Positions 33,975 through 48,900 of a DNA stretch of 64,000 nt are shown in pieces. Under the pieces are notes generated by a model. That model ran no database searches, was not told where the DNA came from, and saw nothing but the letters and a program-made list of their open reading frames with translations. The stretch is from Aplysia californica (lineage: Eukaryota). Location of the stretch: NCBI RefSeq assembly GCF_000002075.1, contig NW_004797602.1, positions 265,823 to 329,822 on the forward strand. The letters run 5' to 3'. How positions within the stretch are numbered: position 1 is the stretch's first letter; every line of letters starts with the position of its first letter. The position numbers and the translations under genes are program-made.

Positions 33975-36900
33975 CTCTGACTCTCTGACTCTCTTTTGGG
34001 ATATTGAATCACTTCCCATCATGCCCCTGTCTGTCCATCATTTCTAGCATTTTTCCTTCTCTTGAGGCTTCTCCACCGTTCCCGCATTATATTCCACTCC
34101 TTTTTGTCCTCTTCGTTGCTTCTTTTGTAGGGTGTATTGTTTTTCTTTCTTATTTTTTGTTTGCTTGTGGGTCTTTCACAAGCTGTGTTGTATGTTGTTA
34201 AAGCAAACCTCTCGATCATTCTTCATGTTTTTTAGACATATTAATTTTCCTACTTTTAGGTAATTACTTTAGAGTATGTTCACCCGTACGACTTCTGTGC
34301 TTGATTGAAAACACACTTTGACGCCCAGACTCCTGCCAGAAATATGCTATTAACAATATCTCTGCCTCTACATGTAATATTGTGTCTGTCTGGTGTCTCT
34401 ATACAATCAGTTGTGTATCATTAATTTGGCTGAATCGTTGGAGGACATTAATTGTTATGTCTCTGTAGCACTGTTAATGTTGATAAAAAAACTGTTCTAT
34501 TACTAATGGACAAGTAGCAACTTAAAATTACCTATACAGTCAGTGAAGCAAAAATGTGTTTTTTCAGGAGTTTGTAAAGCTCTGTTTGATTCTCTTGTAA
34601 ATCCAAGACTTAGAAATGTCATTTGATTTAGACTGCCAATGGACGACAATAAGTTTTGAAGTAAATGTAATTATAGTTAGGAGTTGATCATTTTTCACTT
34701 CACTATAAAATGATAATATATTTTGAAGTTAATATAGCAAGGAGTTTTTATTATTGTTTTTCCCCCTTTCTAACTTTTCAGAGGTAGGGGATACGTTTGA
34801 ATCAAAGGAATTTCTGTCATCGTAGCTTAGTCCCTGTGGTGTAGATGTAGTAGATTGGTATTTCATGATGTGTAGACACCGATTTCCCTGTGTATGCTGT
34901 AGCTAGTTCTCTGATGGAAATAGAAAAAAAAAATTAACTTATTGAATTTGCATGCCAGTGTGGGCATACTTTTATTTACTACTACATGGATTACTAAACA
35001 AGAACGTCATGTTCTTTGGTGATGCTTCAGTTTTAATTTCAAAGTCTCAGTGACTTTCTATTTTCTATGGAATATTGAAAGAATAGAGGACACTTCTGTT
35101 TCTGTTTTGAAGACTAAATAATTGTATCATATAAGAAATTAAGTAACAGCAAGTGTGTGTAATCATCTAGTAACAGTAACTTGATAAAAGCTTGATGAAG
35201 TCTTATTGGAGAGTTTTTCAAAATAAGAATCGTCTTTTGGGTTCAAGGGTGATAAAAAACTCTTGTTTACTCTGCCTATTATTGCAGTTGCCAGTTGAAT
35301 AAGTGGAGGATTTTTGTCCTTCCTGGTTTTACTTTGAGGGGTTTTTGAAGGTTTTCAAAGAACCTGAATATGTGTTTGAAGTTTTGATTGCTTGGAATAA
35401 ATATCTGAATTATTTAGAGAGTTGGTTTGATTTTTTATTTAAGTTTTATACTGTCTAGTTTAAGCTGTTGAGTACGCCACTTTTGCAGCAAATGTTAATT
35501 TTACCTCTGTGCATTAATAAGGAAGAATATTGTTAGCTTTCTTAGACCATTAGATTCTTTTTTTTTTAACATCTTCACTAAAATATCCAATTTTACTTTT
35601 AATGCAAAGCACGCGAGTGCAATGGAGTTGATCAGTCAGGTAGATTAATTCTTCAAAGAAATGTGAGTAGATCTAGCTTAAAGTTGCTATTTCTTTCCTG
35701 ACCCTGGCAGTTTGTAATCTTATTTCCTTTTTGAATCTAATTTCAGTTACAGTTTAGAATATGGATAAACCATTTTTGCATCCTTTTTTAATAATGTTGT
35801 ATGAAACCTCATAAATAGTAAAATATTTGTTATAAAATTCTTATTTGAATGTTTTATATATATGTTTATATCCATCTTTACAGGTCATAAGAATAATTTT
35901 TAAATATTTTTTTTATTCATTGTAAACAAATTCTGCAATATTTTTTTTATTGAAAAGAAAAACCAGACTGATTGCTTTATTTAGAATTAAGCAAATGGTA
36001 TACACCTGGAACTGAGTAATGCAAGATTATACCACAACCATGTCCAGGGGGCTTGTGAAAGGAATACAAATGTAAAAGTGAATTTCTATGGTAGCACTGT
36101 TTTTAATCTTATAATGCTATTTTTTTGCTTTAGCTTTTGACTTTATTTAGGTTGTTTCATATTTGTTCATGCTATACTATACTATGACATTAGACATTCC
36201 CTTTCTCATTCATTTCCCCTTTTTTGCTGTGACAGGAAAAAATTCCATAAAGACTGTGCCCAACGTGCCCCGCCTACCTGTGGTCTTTCAGATGCTACAG
36301 TCGATGCCCTGCTGGAGTGGAATGGTATGTCCAGCTTCGGTTAACCTGTCGGTCTTTGTGCGAGGCAGGGAGGGGCAGGGCAGGGGTGGAAGGGAGCAAG
36401 ACAATGATGTTTGTTTAAAAAAAAAAAAGAAGAAAAGTCACCAAATAGAAAAATGGCAAAAGAGATAAATGTACCATTTGTTTTTTTTAGTAGGGCTGAG
36501 GTGGAGGTTACTAAGTTATTAGAACAGCGTAGCAAGTTGTGAATTTGTTTTGTACTTAAAAATTTTTTTCTTAAAAAGAGAGATAAATGTATAATAGATA
36601 TTGCACGAATTGGTTAAGTTTTTGTGAAGCAGAAGTGAAATAAAGTGACGAAATGGTTTGTCCTTTAACAAAAGTATAAACAAGGAAGTTATCAGGGCTG
36701 AAAATTGTCCGCCTAAAGGCGGAATTCCACTCATTGCAACACAGCCGTCCGTTCATTCGAATGCCTCTTCCGCCTTTTTTCAGAGTTTTGTATTTTAATA
36801 ATATTGTAGTAAGAATAAAAAGACAATAATAGTTTTAGAAGTTTTTTAACTGCTCACTGGACGAAACGGAGGTGTGTGCGCATTCGTGTGTCGACCGATA

Positions 36901-39900
36901 CCATTCAATCGAGTACTTTTTATTCTTCTTCATTACTGGTAGAATCGCATTCAGTTGTGACAATTGAGTACCGGTTGTTATTTGGAGAACTGTGGCAATG
37001 ATGATGGTCCACTCCTCTCTTTGAGCCAATTAAAAAAGTGTCCTCAAAATTTAGTGGCGCCTTCTTCGCAAATGCGCACCTTTTGCGAACAGTTACCCTA
37101 CTTGTGTGAAAAAAATCAAATGAAACTTAACAATATTTTGAATAAATAAGAATTCAAATTTCGGAAAAACCCTTTTTTTAAATGGTTACGCTGACAAAAA
37201 AGAGGAAGAGGCAACTGTTTTATTTGTTTAATTTTACTTTAGAATGAGAGGAGAGAGGTCATTAAAATTTAAAAAACCTAAAACTCCGCACTGAACGAAC
37301 CCGAACAGCTGATGAACAGCATTCCATCTGTGCATGCAAGGAGGTGCTATTCCTATTCTTCTTCTGGAGAAACGAAAGAGAGCTTCAAAACAAAGACTGC
37401 AGCGCCATCTGAACTATTGCGCGGACTTCCGGCGGACACTTTTTTGGCTGAGTGGACCATCTTGTAATGTATCATCATTGACTGTGGTGACTTTGGCCCA
37501 CGCATTATATAGGTAGCGTAAACACTGCCTCACGGGCACTCGCAGCCTTCCGAGCACGTGATATCGTTGAAATCGGGGTAATTCAGATTGCTGTTTCTTT
37601 ACTCTTTCACTGTAAAAGACCAAATGCCATACACCTTGTAAAAGTTCAGATTTTCCTCGTTACAATGGTGTAAGTTGTTTAAATGTCCGCTTATTAGGAG
37701 CTGGAGAATCGCAGAGGAAAACGAAGCCCCACGCAGTTGGCCGGTTAAAAAATTGACTTGCGTGCATTCAAATGCTTCGCGGAAGGATTGATAATTAAAT
37801 ACTTTCTTTAAACTGGCTTTCCCGTGGTAAATTTTTGGCCTTTGGCTTTTAAATAGAAAGCGTTTAAAAATCCCGTCAAAATTTTCAAAGATCATTTTTT
37901 ACTCGAAATATGTAAAATACAGACTCAAAAAAGGTACCAATAGAAAGATCAGTTCATTTTCTATTAGAATAAAGTAACCATCTTGTAAATATTTTGCATC
38001 GATCATTCCGCGAAACTCGGAAAGCATGTGGCCCCCCCACGTGGGTACCCTACAGTACAGAGCCGACTCGCTCGCTGCTGGGGCCGATGCGGCGCTGCAG
38101 GGTCAACGCTCAGTGTTCTTGTCGAAATAACGACAGATCATTGTGTTTGAGACGATAAAATACTGATTTGTAATGAGCTCACAGTCTTGAACAAAATTAG
38201 GCTCCATACACGTTTTAGTGATTGTACTCTGTTAATGTGGAGATGTTTAGTGCACTTGGTACTCTTTTATTATCTGTCAAACATGGGGTTGCAGCCAGTG
38301 AGTGACTTTAACAAATTTGATCAAATTTTAAACTACTACCATTTGTTGTAAAGCTACTTTGAAAATTTAGTTTCTGGCACCTACGTTATATCACAACCCT
38401 GTAGCCTAAATCATTGAAAAAAAATTTTTGCTCCACAAAATCATTAAAACACTGAAAATGGCCTTTCGTGTGAACCCTGTTAATAATAATTTTTTTTTAT
38501 CTCAAGAATGATGTATTTGTACAAAGTACAATGTATAGTAATGGTTTATGTTCTTTTTGGCAGTATTTAGGTAGTTATTATTTTTCTCTAAAATTAGGGT
38601 AACAAGCCCTAGTTTTCAGCCTTATTTGTGGTATGCCATTCTCAGCCCCGAGTTATAGTGAGTACTATAGTTGTGTTTATGTGGTGTACAATTTTTTTCC
38701 CTATTGCCATGGGAAAATTGATCAGAGCCAATAGAAAGAAGAATCGATTTGATACATAATACTTGTCTCTTTGTTCTCCATTGTGCCATTGCACCTAGGA
38801 AAAAATTATCAGTCTTTGCAAAAATGGTGCTTTTAAACATGTCTTTTTTTTCCTCCCTTTCCTCCACCCCCTTTCACTCTCCCCCCTCTTCCCTCCTCCT
38901 CCTCCCCCTANNNNNNNNNNNNNNNNNNNNNNNNNNNNNNNNNNNNNNNNNNNNNNNNNNNNNNNNNNNNNNNNNNNNNNNNNNNNNNNNNNNNNNNNNN
39001 NNNNNNNNNNNNNNNNNNNNNNNNNNNNNNNNNNNNNNNNNNNNNNNNNNNNNNNNNNNNNNNNNNNNNNNNNNNNNNNNNNNNNNNNNNNNNNNNNNNN
39101 NNNNNNNNNNNNNNNNNNNNNNNNNNNNNNNNNNNNNNNNNNNNNNNNNNNNNNNNNNNNNNNNNNNNNNNNNNNNNNNNNNNNNNNNNNNNNNNNNNNN
39201 NNNNNNNNNNNNNNNNNNNNNNNNNNNNNNNNNNNNNNNNNNNNNNNNNNNNNNNNNNNNNNNNNNNNNNNNNNNNNNNNNNNNNNNNNNNNNNNNNNNN
39301 NNNNNNNNNNNNNNNNNNNNNNNNNNNNNNNNNNNNNNNNNNNNNNNNNNNNNNNNNNNNNNNNNNNNNNNNNNNNNNNNNNNNNNNNNNCTCCACAGAG
39401 TCCCCAATGTCCCAGCGACGCATGACCAAAGGCATCCTGTCCCCCAGCAGCTGGGAGGAGAGCCTCAAGCCCGTCAAGTCCATGCCAGCCTTCCCCGGCG
39501 GCCCGTTGCCCGACTCTGGCTCCAACACCTCCTCCTGCAACTCCTCCTCCCCCTCCTCTCCCGCCTACCACCAGACCTCCTCCGACACAATCACCTCCCC
39601 CTCCCCGGCCCCCTCCCCCTACAGTTCCTCTCGCACACAGTTCAACTTTCCTGGTAAGTTTGTCTGATCATGGTGTTTTGTGATTGAAGGTATGTTGGTG
39701 AATGGCATAAACTCATGAGGTTTTTCATTTGAGGTGGATCATTCTTAAACAGAATAAGCTGATGATGTTTGTCATTTGAGGTATATTTGTAAATGTGAGG
39801 CAGCATGGTGAAATCAGGCGTTTGTCAAAATAATGAAAGTCAAGAAACTGGCATTTTTCCGCAGGTTTGGGAATTTTTATGTAATTTTTATGGGGGGACT

Positions 39901-42900
39901 CATCACCTTTCTTGCCCTTCAAAGAACACATTTCTGTGTGGATTTGCCTGAGAAACGTTAACTAAAGGCATAAAAGATGTACACTTTCAGTTTCCACAGC
40001 CTCTCATGCTAAGGAAATATTTCAACTTTGGCGGCCATTTACTCGCTAATTTTACCTCTGAAACCAGGCGACCCCCATCTCCTTCAATCGCTAAAATCTT
40101 GACTTGCATCCAAGATAAATGGATAATTTTTTTCATCAAAAGCAAGACAAATGGACAGGCTTTAAGATGATACCAATAACTTTATATGCTTCAAAATTGA
40201 CAAGCGCCTGTTTCCACCGCGTCTTGACAAATGGAAAAAGCTGATGATTGATATTTCTCATTCGAGGAACATTTGTAAATGTAAAAAGCTGATGAAATTT
40301 CTCCTTTGAGGCACGTTTGTAAAATGCTGTTTCAGCTTTTAGGTAGTGGGTAAATGGAATAAGTTAATTAAAGGTGTTTCTGATTTGAGGTATCTTTGTA
40401 CATGAAAAAGTTGGTGATGTTTCTGAATTGAGGCATATCCTTATGTGGTATGAAATTAGAATTCCAAAATCACTAAAATGAAATGAAATATGAAATTAGT
40501 CATCGCCTCAGAACTATTTTGTCCAAAGTGTACTTAACCATAGAGTGCACTTTGGACAAAGTAGTTCTGAGGCGACATAGTGTAATTCAAAACAGCAGCA
40601 ATGAAATGTGTGCAGTAATACCGCGGAACTCGGATTCAACAAGAACTCGAATTGAACGAAAGTAGATGGATTCCCCGTCTTTTCTTTTTATTTAAAATCA
40701 ATAAAAATAACTCGGATTCAACGAACGCTTAACTCTATATCTCGGCAGAGGGTAAACCCACTATGCCGGGGCCCTTTTTTGGTGCTAATTCTAAAAATGA
40801 CAAAAACGTCATTAAATGGGTAATTAAATTGAAACAAGCGAACCTAAACCTATTTTCATAATTCTTCATCTAATGAATGAACTTCCGGTATTATGGGACC
40901 TGTTTTCGGCAATTAATTGGATGTCGAAGTCGTCGTAAAGGAATGTGCTAGAGTGGCTCACCGGCACAGTGGTTTTCTGTCCGCGAGCCGCCGGGAGCAG
41001 CTTGCCGGAGATAAATGAGGTCGCTTCCATGGTGAAAAGCCCCCTGCAGACGTGGCTTGGCCCATTTTTTCCCCACAACGAACTTTATTCTTGGAAACCA
41101 TCCTTTGCACCGGCATCGTGAACCATTATTCACCTACCCGATTGCATGCGACCGATCGGCGGCCTTCTTTCATACCGACATGTGTGTTGTTGGCATGCAC
41201 ACGTGTCTACATGTACTCTAGCATTTGTCGGGGTCGAATGGGGGGCCTGCACATGTGTGACTCTGTGTGCGTGTCGCGCGGGGGGGGGGGGGGGGGGGGG
41301 GGGACCAGCGGTCCAGGTGTGGAACGTCGCAGATACCAACACGTCACAGTTCTCCCTCCCCCCAGCAACTGATCATTAATACAGTGATAAGCTAGTTTTG
41401 ACATAGATCTACATAATGAATTGTGCACTGGTCTATGGAATCAAAAGTTGCCGTATGCTAGGCTCTATATAGCAACACAACTTTTTGGCAAACAGTCGAG
41501 ATGACACAGGCGTGCATTTGAACAATTTTTTTGTTTGTTGCACAGCTCATAATATGCGGGCTTTTCAGACACCACTTGTTACTTCTCTTTATACATTACT
41601 TGCTCAGTGCCTGTAATTATCCTTACAAAACCTCATGTTTGCTATAATGGAGACTTGGATTCAATGAGATTTTAGGCCCGGCCCGGCAGCCTCATTGAAT
41701 CGTAGTTCCACTGTATGAAAATTATATAGTTGTAGTTATTACTAGCGCTTATTTACTGTTTATATAGTACTCATTTTGTCTTGAGAAATTAGGTTGTGTA
41801 TTTTGTGAAATGAAATAGATTTATTATTTCGGGCTTATTGCTGTTATTTTGTACTCATTTCAACTTCAAGAAATGCCATTACATACATAGTGAAATGTGT
41901 GTAGGGTTGGTTGTAGGGACTGAGACGGGTGGTGAAGGGATGGACAGGCTGAGAGTCAGATGTGCTCTCATTCACTCTGTCATTTGATCATTTGTCATAT
42001 ATGTGTGGGAGTAGTGTTTTATGGATTTTACTTTTCATGTGATTTATCTTGTCTCTCCATTCCTTGATCATACGCGCATGTGCATGTGCACACGCACATG
42101 TGGGGAGTGTTTCATGGTGTATTTCTCCATCATTTTGATAAATGCTTATGTTGTGTAAGTGAGAAGCTTTTGATGGATTTCACCTTTCACTGTGTGGTGT
42201 CTCCACAGATGTTGCCTCAACGCTCCCAGCAGATTTTGGTGGGGGCACGACAGGGACTGATTCCCCTGACACGTGAGTGGTTTGTTTGTGCACTGTTTAT
42301 TAGTAATAAACTGACTTGTTGCAGGCTTGCCAGCTCTGCCTTAAGCTAACAAAGGGCCTTTTTTCTTTCTCTGCAGTTTCGAGATAAAGGTTTTTTTTGT
42401 CAGCGTAACGTTTGAAAACAGCATTCTTCCAAAATTTGAGTTCTAATTTATTCAGAAACTAGTCACAGTTTTGCTTTGATTTTTTATCACAAGTAGGGTA
42501 ACTGATCAGGCTTTCGATTTAGCAAATAAAAAAATTTGGTGCCAAAATGAAAAAAAGGTGATTTGTCAGCTTACGGCAGAGCTGTACTATGTTTCCCAGG
42601 AATGTCCCGGATTTGGCAGCTGGGAATTTTAGAGCCTTGTCACTTACTCTATCTCAAGACCAGTCCCACTGGGTGTAATTTACAGGTGGTTGGCGGTTGC
42701 TCTGGTCTGATTTGCTCTTTCTTTCCTATCAAACATCTTTTGTCTTTATCTCTCCTTCTTTTTTTGTGTTTGTCACTCTCCTATAACACCTCTAAGCTTC
42801 AGCTCTTATATGACCTTATTGTTTTGCAAGTCTTGGAAAACGCTTACTAGAACAAGGATTTAATTTGGTTAATTATTATGTAATCTGCTATAAAGCTGGG

Positions 42901-45900
42901 TGTCCCTGGTTGAGTTTTGAAAAAATTGGCAAACCTGTTGTCTCAGCTGGTGACCTTTGCTCCTTGTGGATGCTGCACTTTATGCATGGGTGGCTAGAGG
43001 ATGCCGCTGGAAAGTTTTGAGAATTTTCAGGGTTTCCAGCAAGGTCGTAAAGTTGTAGAAAAGTCCTAAATTCAGTGGCCTGGTCGTAAATGGTAGTAAA
43101 TGTGCCATGAAGGTTGTAATTTTATAAACCGTCGTAAATAAACATGTGTACAGAGTGATGAAGCCTGCAAGACTTTTCAGTTAAAGGAGTCATGGCTGCG
43201 GTACTTGGCGATTACCAAATCCCATTTTTGTCAATATAGTATTAGTATCGCGGAACTCGAATATTTTGAAAACCAAGTCCGATAAGGTCAGTAAGTTCCT
43301 TTTTGCCAGTCGCGATTGTGTAATAATATTATATCAAGGCTGCCTAATTCTACCGATTTTTCCGGTAGATACCGATTTTGGGCCTGTTCTACCGCCATAC
43401 CGGTAAGGTGTCAATACTACCGGATTTGCAATGGGTGCGGAAAAAAGAAAAAGAAAAAAAACCCATTCTGCTGTGCTTCCATTCTTCTTTGTTTTTGCGT
43501 AAATCCGTACGTTCCAAAAGTTCCGTACTTACCGCATCATCATATCAACTCTATTTGTTATAGAGAGAGTCAAAGAGATCAGCACTAGCTTTGTAACTTG
43601 TCAGATATTTACGGCAACTTTCGGCAATAAGTTGTACATGTATAAGAAACTGCCAGATTGCGCATTTCATACACTCAATCATTGTCTGTCTGTGCCGTTC
43701 GGTCGGCAATAGTTTTTCACGTGCATATTGGCTAAAATATGTCTACTCACGATATATAATCTTCCTCCTTCTTTTCATTTTTTCTTTCTCTCTGCCTACC
43801 TTCGGGTTTTTGCTATGGCAGGAAAATCTGTGCATTTAATTCATTTATCTAGAGAACAGAATTGTGAATGTAGAAAGAAAATCGGTATCGAAGCAAAACA
43901 TTCTAAAATCTGTCTTGGTCTAGAGAATTGGTCACAGTACCGAATGAGGATTCTACGCAAGGGGACTGCGGGAATTATTTCCTGGGAATCTGAAAAAAAA
44001 ATGGTTGAGACCCGAGAAAATGCGCAAAGTCCTCGAAATCAAGTCTATTTTACCGGTCACATTTGTGATATGACTTTCGGCTTTCCCCAGTCCGAGAGTA
44101 CGTTTCACAGGAATAAGCGGCTATGGCGGCAGGTGGAAGTGTAGGTGTAATACTGAGACTCCATCGGGAAAATAAAAATCTACTTTCGCTTTCGTTATCG
44201 CTCAGAATTGTCTGATGATGGTTTGTTAACGTTAGATTTACAGCTAATGAAAATTTGTAACGTGCAGTTTGTGCATAAAAAAACACAGTGACGTCATACA
44301 AATTAAATCGATATTCTCACTTTTGTCACTATATTGACAAAAAAAAAGGAAGAAAAAGAAAACAAGCGTACTCCGTTTTCTAGATTGTCGGGCCCGTCAT
44401 TGTGACCGGTCAGTGAACCTGTGAGAGTTCGTTTGTCACACTCTTGTGGCCCACTATTTCCGGGGTGCCTTGATAGCCGAAGCAGACTTTGAGCCGTTGA
44501 AGCTAGAGAGGTGAGCAGAGTAAGTCGGATTCCCTGTAAGAACTTCTCTGTTGACATCCACCCCTTGGCGCTCATATGACCTTATGCAGTTACGAGCGCC
44601 GTAAAACCTGTACTAAAAAAAAAAAGTTGTTGCTCTTGTCTCGTTCCTAAGGGTGGTCCGAGGGGGCGACTGGTAGGTCCTACTTCTTTTCTTTCTTTCT
44701 GTTGTTCCTGTCATTCCATCTGTCTTGCTGTTTTCCTTACAGTGAATGGCCGTTATTGTATTTATGTTCTTCTCTTTACTCTTAACTTTTTGTGTTGCAA
44801 ATGCTGTAAAACTCTTAACTAAAACTAAAACTGAAGTAGCCAGGCGATACAAATAAAGCAAATTCATTGTCAAACAAATTTTCCTAATTAATTTATCCTG
44901 ATTGAAATGAATACTCCTGTTGAATAAATCTGCCTCTTTGTCTCTTTGTTACAGCGATGTTGTGAGTACCGATGCATCCAACGACAGTGATAAAACGTTA
45001 ATTGATGTAAGTATAACAGAATTCTTAGAAATAATGGGGTGTGCAAAAAGTTGGGTTTTTTGTTGTCGTTGTGGTTGAATGTCGCCTGTTTGTTACTCAC
45101 ATTTACCCAATAGACCCAAGCACACACTTAAGTGTGACTACCTTTACCCGACTGTGCACAGTATGCGTACCTTAGTTTACAGAGGTGTAATCTTGTGGTT
45201 AATGTACAGGGGCTAGGTGCAAGGGTCCCTTAGGCTGAGGGGGGGGGGGGGGGAGGGTTAAAGAGTAAGCTATTCATTTTGTAATTTCTACGGTGTATAA
45301 TGGTTGATATGATAGTGCAGAATTTCACTCTCAGGTGTTTTGGGGTTTTGGCCTCTTTTTTAATTAAGGTAAAGAGGGTGGACGTAAAATAAAATATCCT
45401 ATAAATTCCTGTGACGGTCAACACAATAAGTGTTGTATATCAATGGAAAGGACTTTTGATTTGATACAATAATTATTTGTGTATGATTTTTCATTTGCAT
45501 ATGTGACTTACTTACTTGGTATCTAAAAATAGTTTAAAAAAAAAAGACTTTTCTGTTCTCATCTTTTCATAGGCAAAGAATGAAAAAACTTTGTTTTGAA
45601 CGAAATTGATTCCATTTCTAGTTTATATCAAGGAGCATTCAATTCTGCACAATATATTAAAAATTAGAGTAATTTCAGGCCAATTACTGGAGATGGCAGC
45701 CATTTAGTACCATGACCTAGTTGTTCAAATTTGAAATGCAAACGAATAGTCTGATTGCACGAAAAATTATTATAAATTTGTTAAGGCTCCTATGACTGCG
45801 GTACTTTACATAAAAGTAAGGCATTTTGGGTAGGTATTGATTTTAGACCCAAATCAGAGATTTGCCTCTACTAATTTTCATATTTGACCTATTTTGAGAT

Positions 45901-48900
45901 TTCTTTAAATAGAAATATAGAATATTTCACTAATATGGCTACTGGAGCCTCCCTTTGACTCTCAGACATGGCAATTCGAGCTGCATACATTTGTCTGTCC
46001 TCTGGGTCCACAAATATAGCCTATTTGTGTCTCTGCTGGTCAATATCAGTCATATGAAGGAAATTTCAAAACTGAGTTAACATTATTTTCAAAACCTATC
46101 ACCTTTTCCCTTCAATTTAAAACAAGAATGAAGTAAATATGACCATATTTGACGAATATACAGAACTTTTAATAGTGCGAGGTGAGGAATCACAAAAAGG
46201 AGAAAATGGCCTCCGAATATGAGCAACACGTTAAGATAGAGACTTGAAATTTAGCAGTTATCTTGGCTATGCCACTACAAGGTAACTTACAGAAGTAGGA
46301 AATTATTCATTTACAGAGAAAAAACTTATGGACAAAACAGAATTTCCACGAGAATGGACTTCACGTCAAATGCAACAAAATATTAGCATTATACTAGGTA
46401 CCAGATACTAAATTTTTAAAGTAGCTGTATGTCAAATTCATATGTTTCATATAAAAGGCCTATGTCTCCTGAGAATTTTGGTTCCGTACTCATACCTCCC
46501 AGTCAATGTTTAAGAGAATGGCGGCTGTTTCAATTGAACCTAAAAATCAAATATTGCTGAAGTCGCTAACTGGCTGCAACCCCATGTTTGACAGATAGTA
46601 AAAGAGTACCAAGTGCACCAAATATTTCTACGTTAACAGAGCACAATCTTTATAACAAAGAAATGAAGCATGATTTTTTCATGACTGTGAGATCATTACA
46701 TTTCAGTATTTTATTGCCTCATACACGATGATCTGTCGTTATTTTAATGAAAACTCTGAGCGTTGTCTCGGCCGGCGACACACCAGCACTCGCGGCGAGC
46801 AATTCGTCTCAATACTGTAGTGTTTTGAGCGCTCCCGGTAGTTTCGCGGAAGGATTCGTGCAAAATACTTCCAAACTGATGACTTTATTCTAATAGAAAA
46901 AGAACTGCATTCTTTTTTGTAGCCGTTTTTTAATTTTACACATTCCATGTTTTAAACGATCTTTGAAAGCTTACACCCTTTTTTTTTTTCAAGGTTTTCT
47001 ATCCAAACGCCAAATTCCAAAAATAATAACCACGGGAAACCACGCTCAAAGCTGTACAGTATTTAATCATCAATCTTTCTGCAAAGCATTCGAATGCATG
47101 GGTGTCTATTTTGAACCGGCCGTCCTCGCATTCCGACCGCGAAGGGCTTCCCTTTCCACGGCGATTCTCCAGTTCCAAATACTCGAATATACAAACAACT
47201 TACACTATTGTAACGAAAAAAAACCCTGAATTTTTTCAAAGTGTTCAGAATAATTTCATGTTTTTGAGCAAAATAGCAAAGAAACTGAGATCTGAATTGC
47301 CCGTATTTTACCGAAACCACGTGCTCGGTAGGCTGCGAGTCGGCTTACATGCTGTGTTTACGCTACCGAATTATACTTTTGCAATAGCCCCTCAAACACA
47401 CAGGAGCGGGGGGACACACATACACACAGGCACACACACACCCATACACACTTACAAACACACCAACACACATACACACACATGCTCATAGACCGCTTCG
47501 GTGGCCTCTTGGTAAGGACTCTGCTTTGAGATATCTAGAGGAAGGTTAATTTCTTTTAAACGCACTAAAATTCAATAAAACGAATTTTTAAAGTCGGTCC
47601 AAGAGTAAAACTGAAAGATCAACAGACGATAACAGCTAGCAGGGCACGCCCACACAGTCAGCTGTTTACGTAAACAAGCTAGAAGTGAGCTAGAAGTTAC
47701 CGTTTTTACTCCGTTTTACAAATCAGAATTGTCAGACCATTCATGTTCGAAAAGGGGTCAGAATCTAAAAATAATTGCGAATGAAGAACAGTGAAGCGAT
47801 TTATAATCATTGGTTGAAGCAAAGGTGGCCATGAGGTAATGGTTCTAAAAAAACTCTCACAGGTACACACTAGCAAGGTCCAAATCCCTTTATCTCGTCA
47901 CCCAAGCTCAGAACAAACCACACACACCTCCAAAGTAAATCAAAATAAAATATTTATAGTCTATTATAGTTGTTTATTTTTATCTTAAATGAAGCAGAAG
48001 ACATCAAACTTGTCCTTCGAGCCTCGTAGCTGATAATAGGTCACTGCGTCTTATGACTGATATTGAGCGGGGCAGACAGATATAGGTGAATTCTTTGTTC
48101 TTGCTTTGATCTTTGTATTTCAAGATGGCAGACAGATGAGAAATATTTAGGTAAAATGCAACACCCACTTTAGTATGAAAATATTTTTTTTTCAAAATTT
48201 TTATGGGTAATTCACCAGAATGAAGTGTGCACTCTATGTAGAAGCACCAAAATGGATAAATTAGACAAAAATATGAGATATATAGCCAGCCTTCCAGAAC
48301 GATCGAACATTTTTGTTGGGTTTTTAAAGGAAAAAACTGTTAAATGTTTAGGTCTCGGTTTGTATGCACTCTTCAAATCTAGAAGACAAGAAAGGTAAAA
48401 GTAGATGTAGCATAACTTTTAGTAAGAGAGTTTGAATATATTGATGGGAGGAAAAGACTGGGATTGTAATATTTTTGTAAAGCACGCATGCAAAGAAATG
48501 GTTGCTAATGTCTGTCAGATCTGACGTTTGAAACAGATCAGTCTTGACGTTTTCAAATTGTTTTGTTGTTGTTGTTTTTTCTCCTCCTGTCGTAGTAACA
48601 CTGAGCGAACTGTGCTTATCATTTTGTAATTTATCTTTGGATGACATTTGTAAGCAAGTGCACACACTACACCCTTCTGTGAAAAAGAAAAAATAGTTCC
48701 AGTTCTGTGTGACTAAATTTATTCACACTGTGAATTTTTAAGAATAATGATAAGGTTTCTAATGTTAACACTTTCTTTTTTTTCCCACCCCTCCGCCTTC
48801 CAGAGTAACACATCAGAGCGAACTCTGCCGGACAGAGTGGACTCTGTGGACAGTACAGACGACTATTCCTGGAACCGGCAGAACAGTGTAAGTTTGGGAT

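Noticed and set aside
38749-39398. Long ORFs spanning N runs (also near 8000 and 30600)
   Set aside because: Gap artefacts.
42377-42389. 13-nt microexon after a strong ctgcAG
   Set aside because: Weak donor (GTTTTT) and phase incompatible with exon 11.
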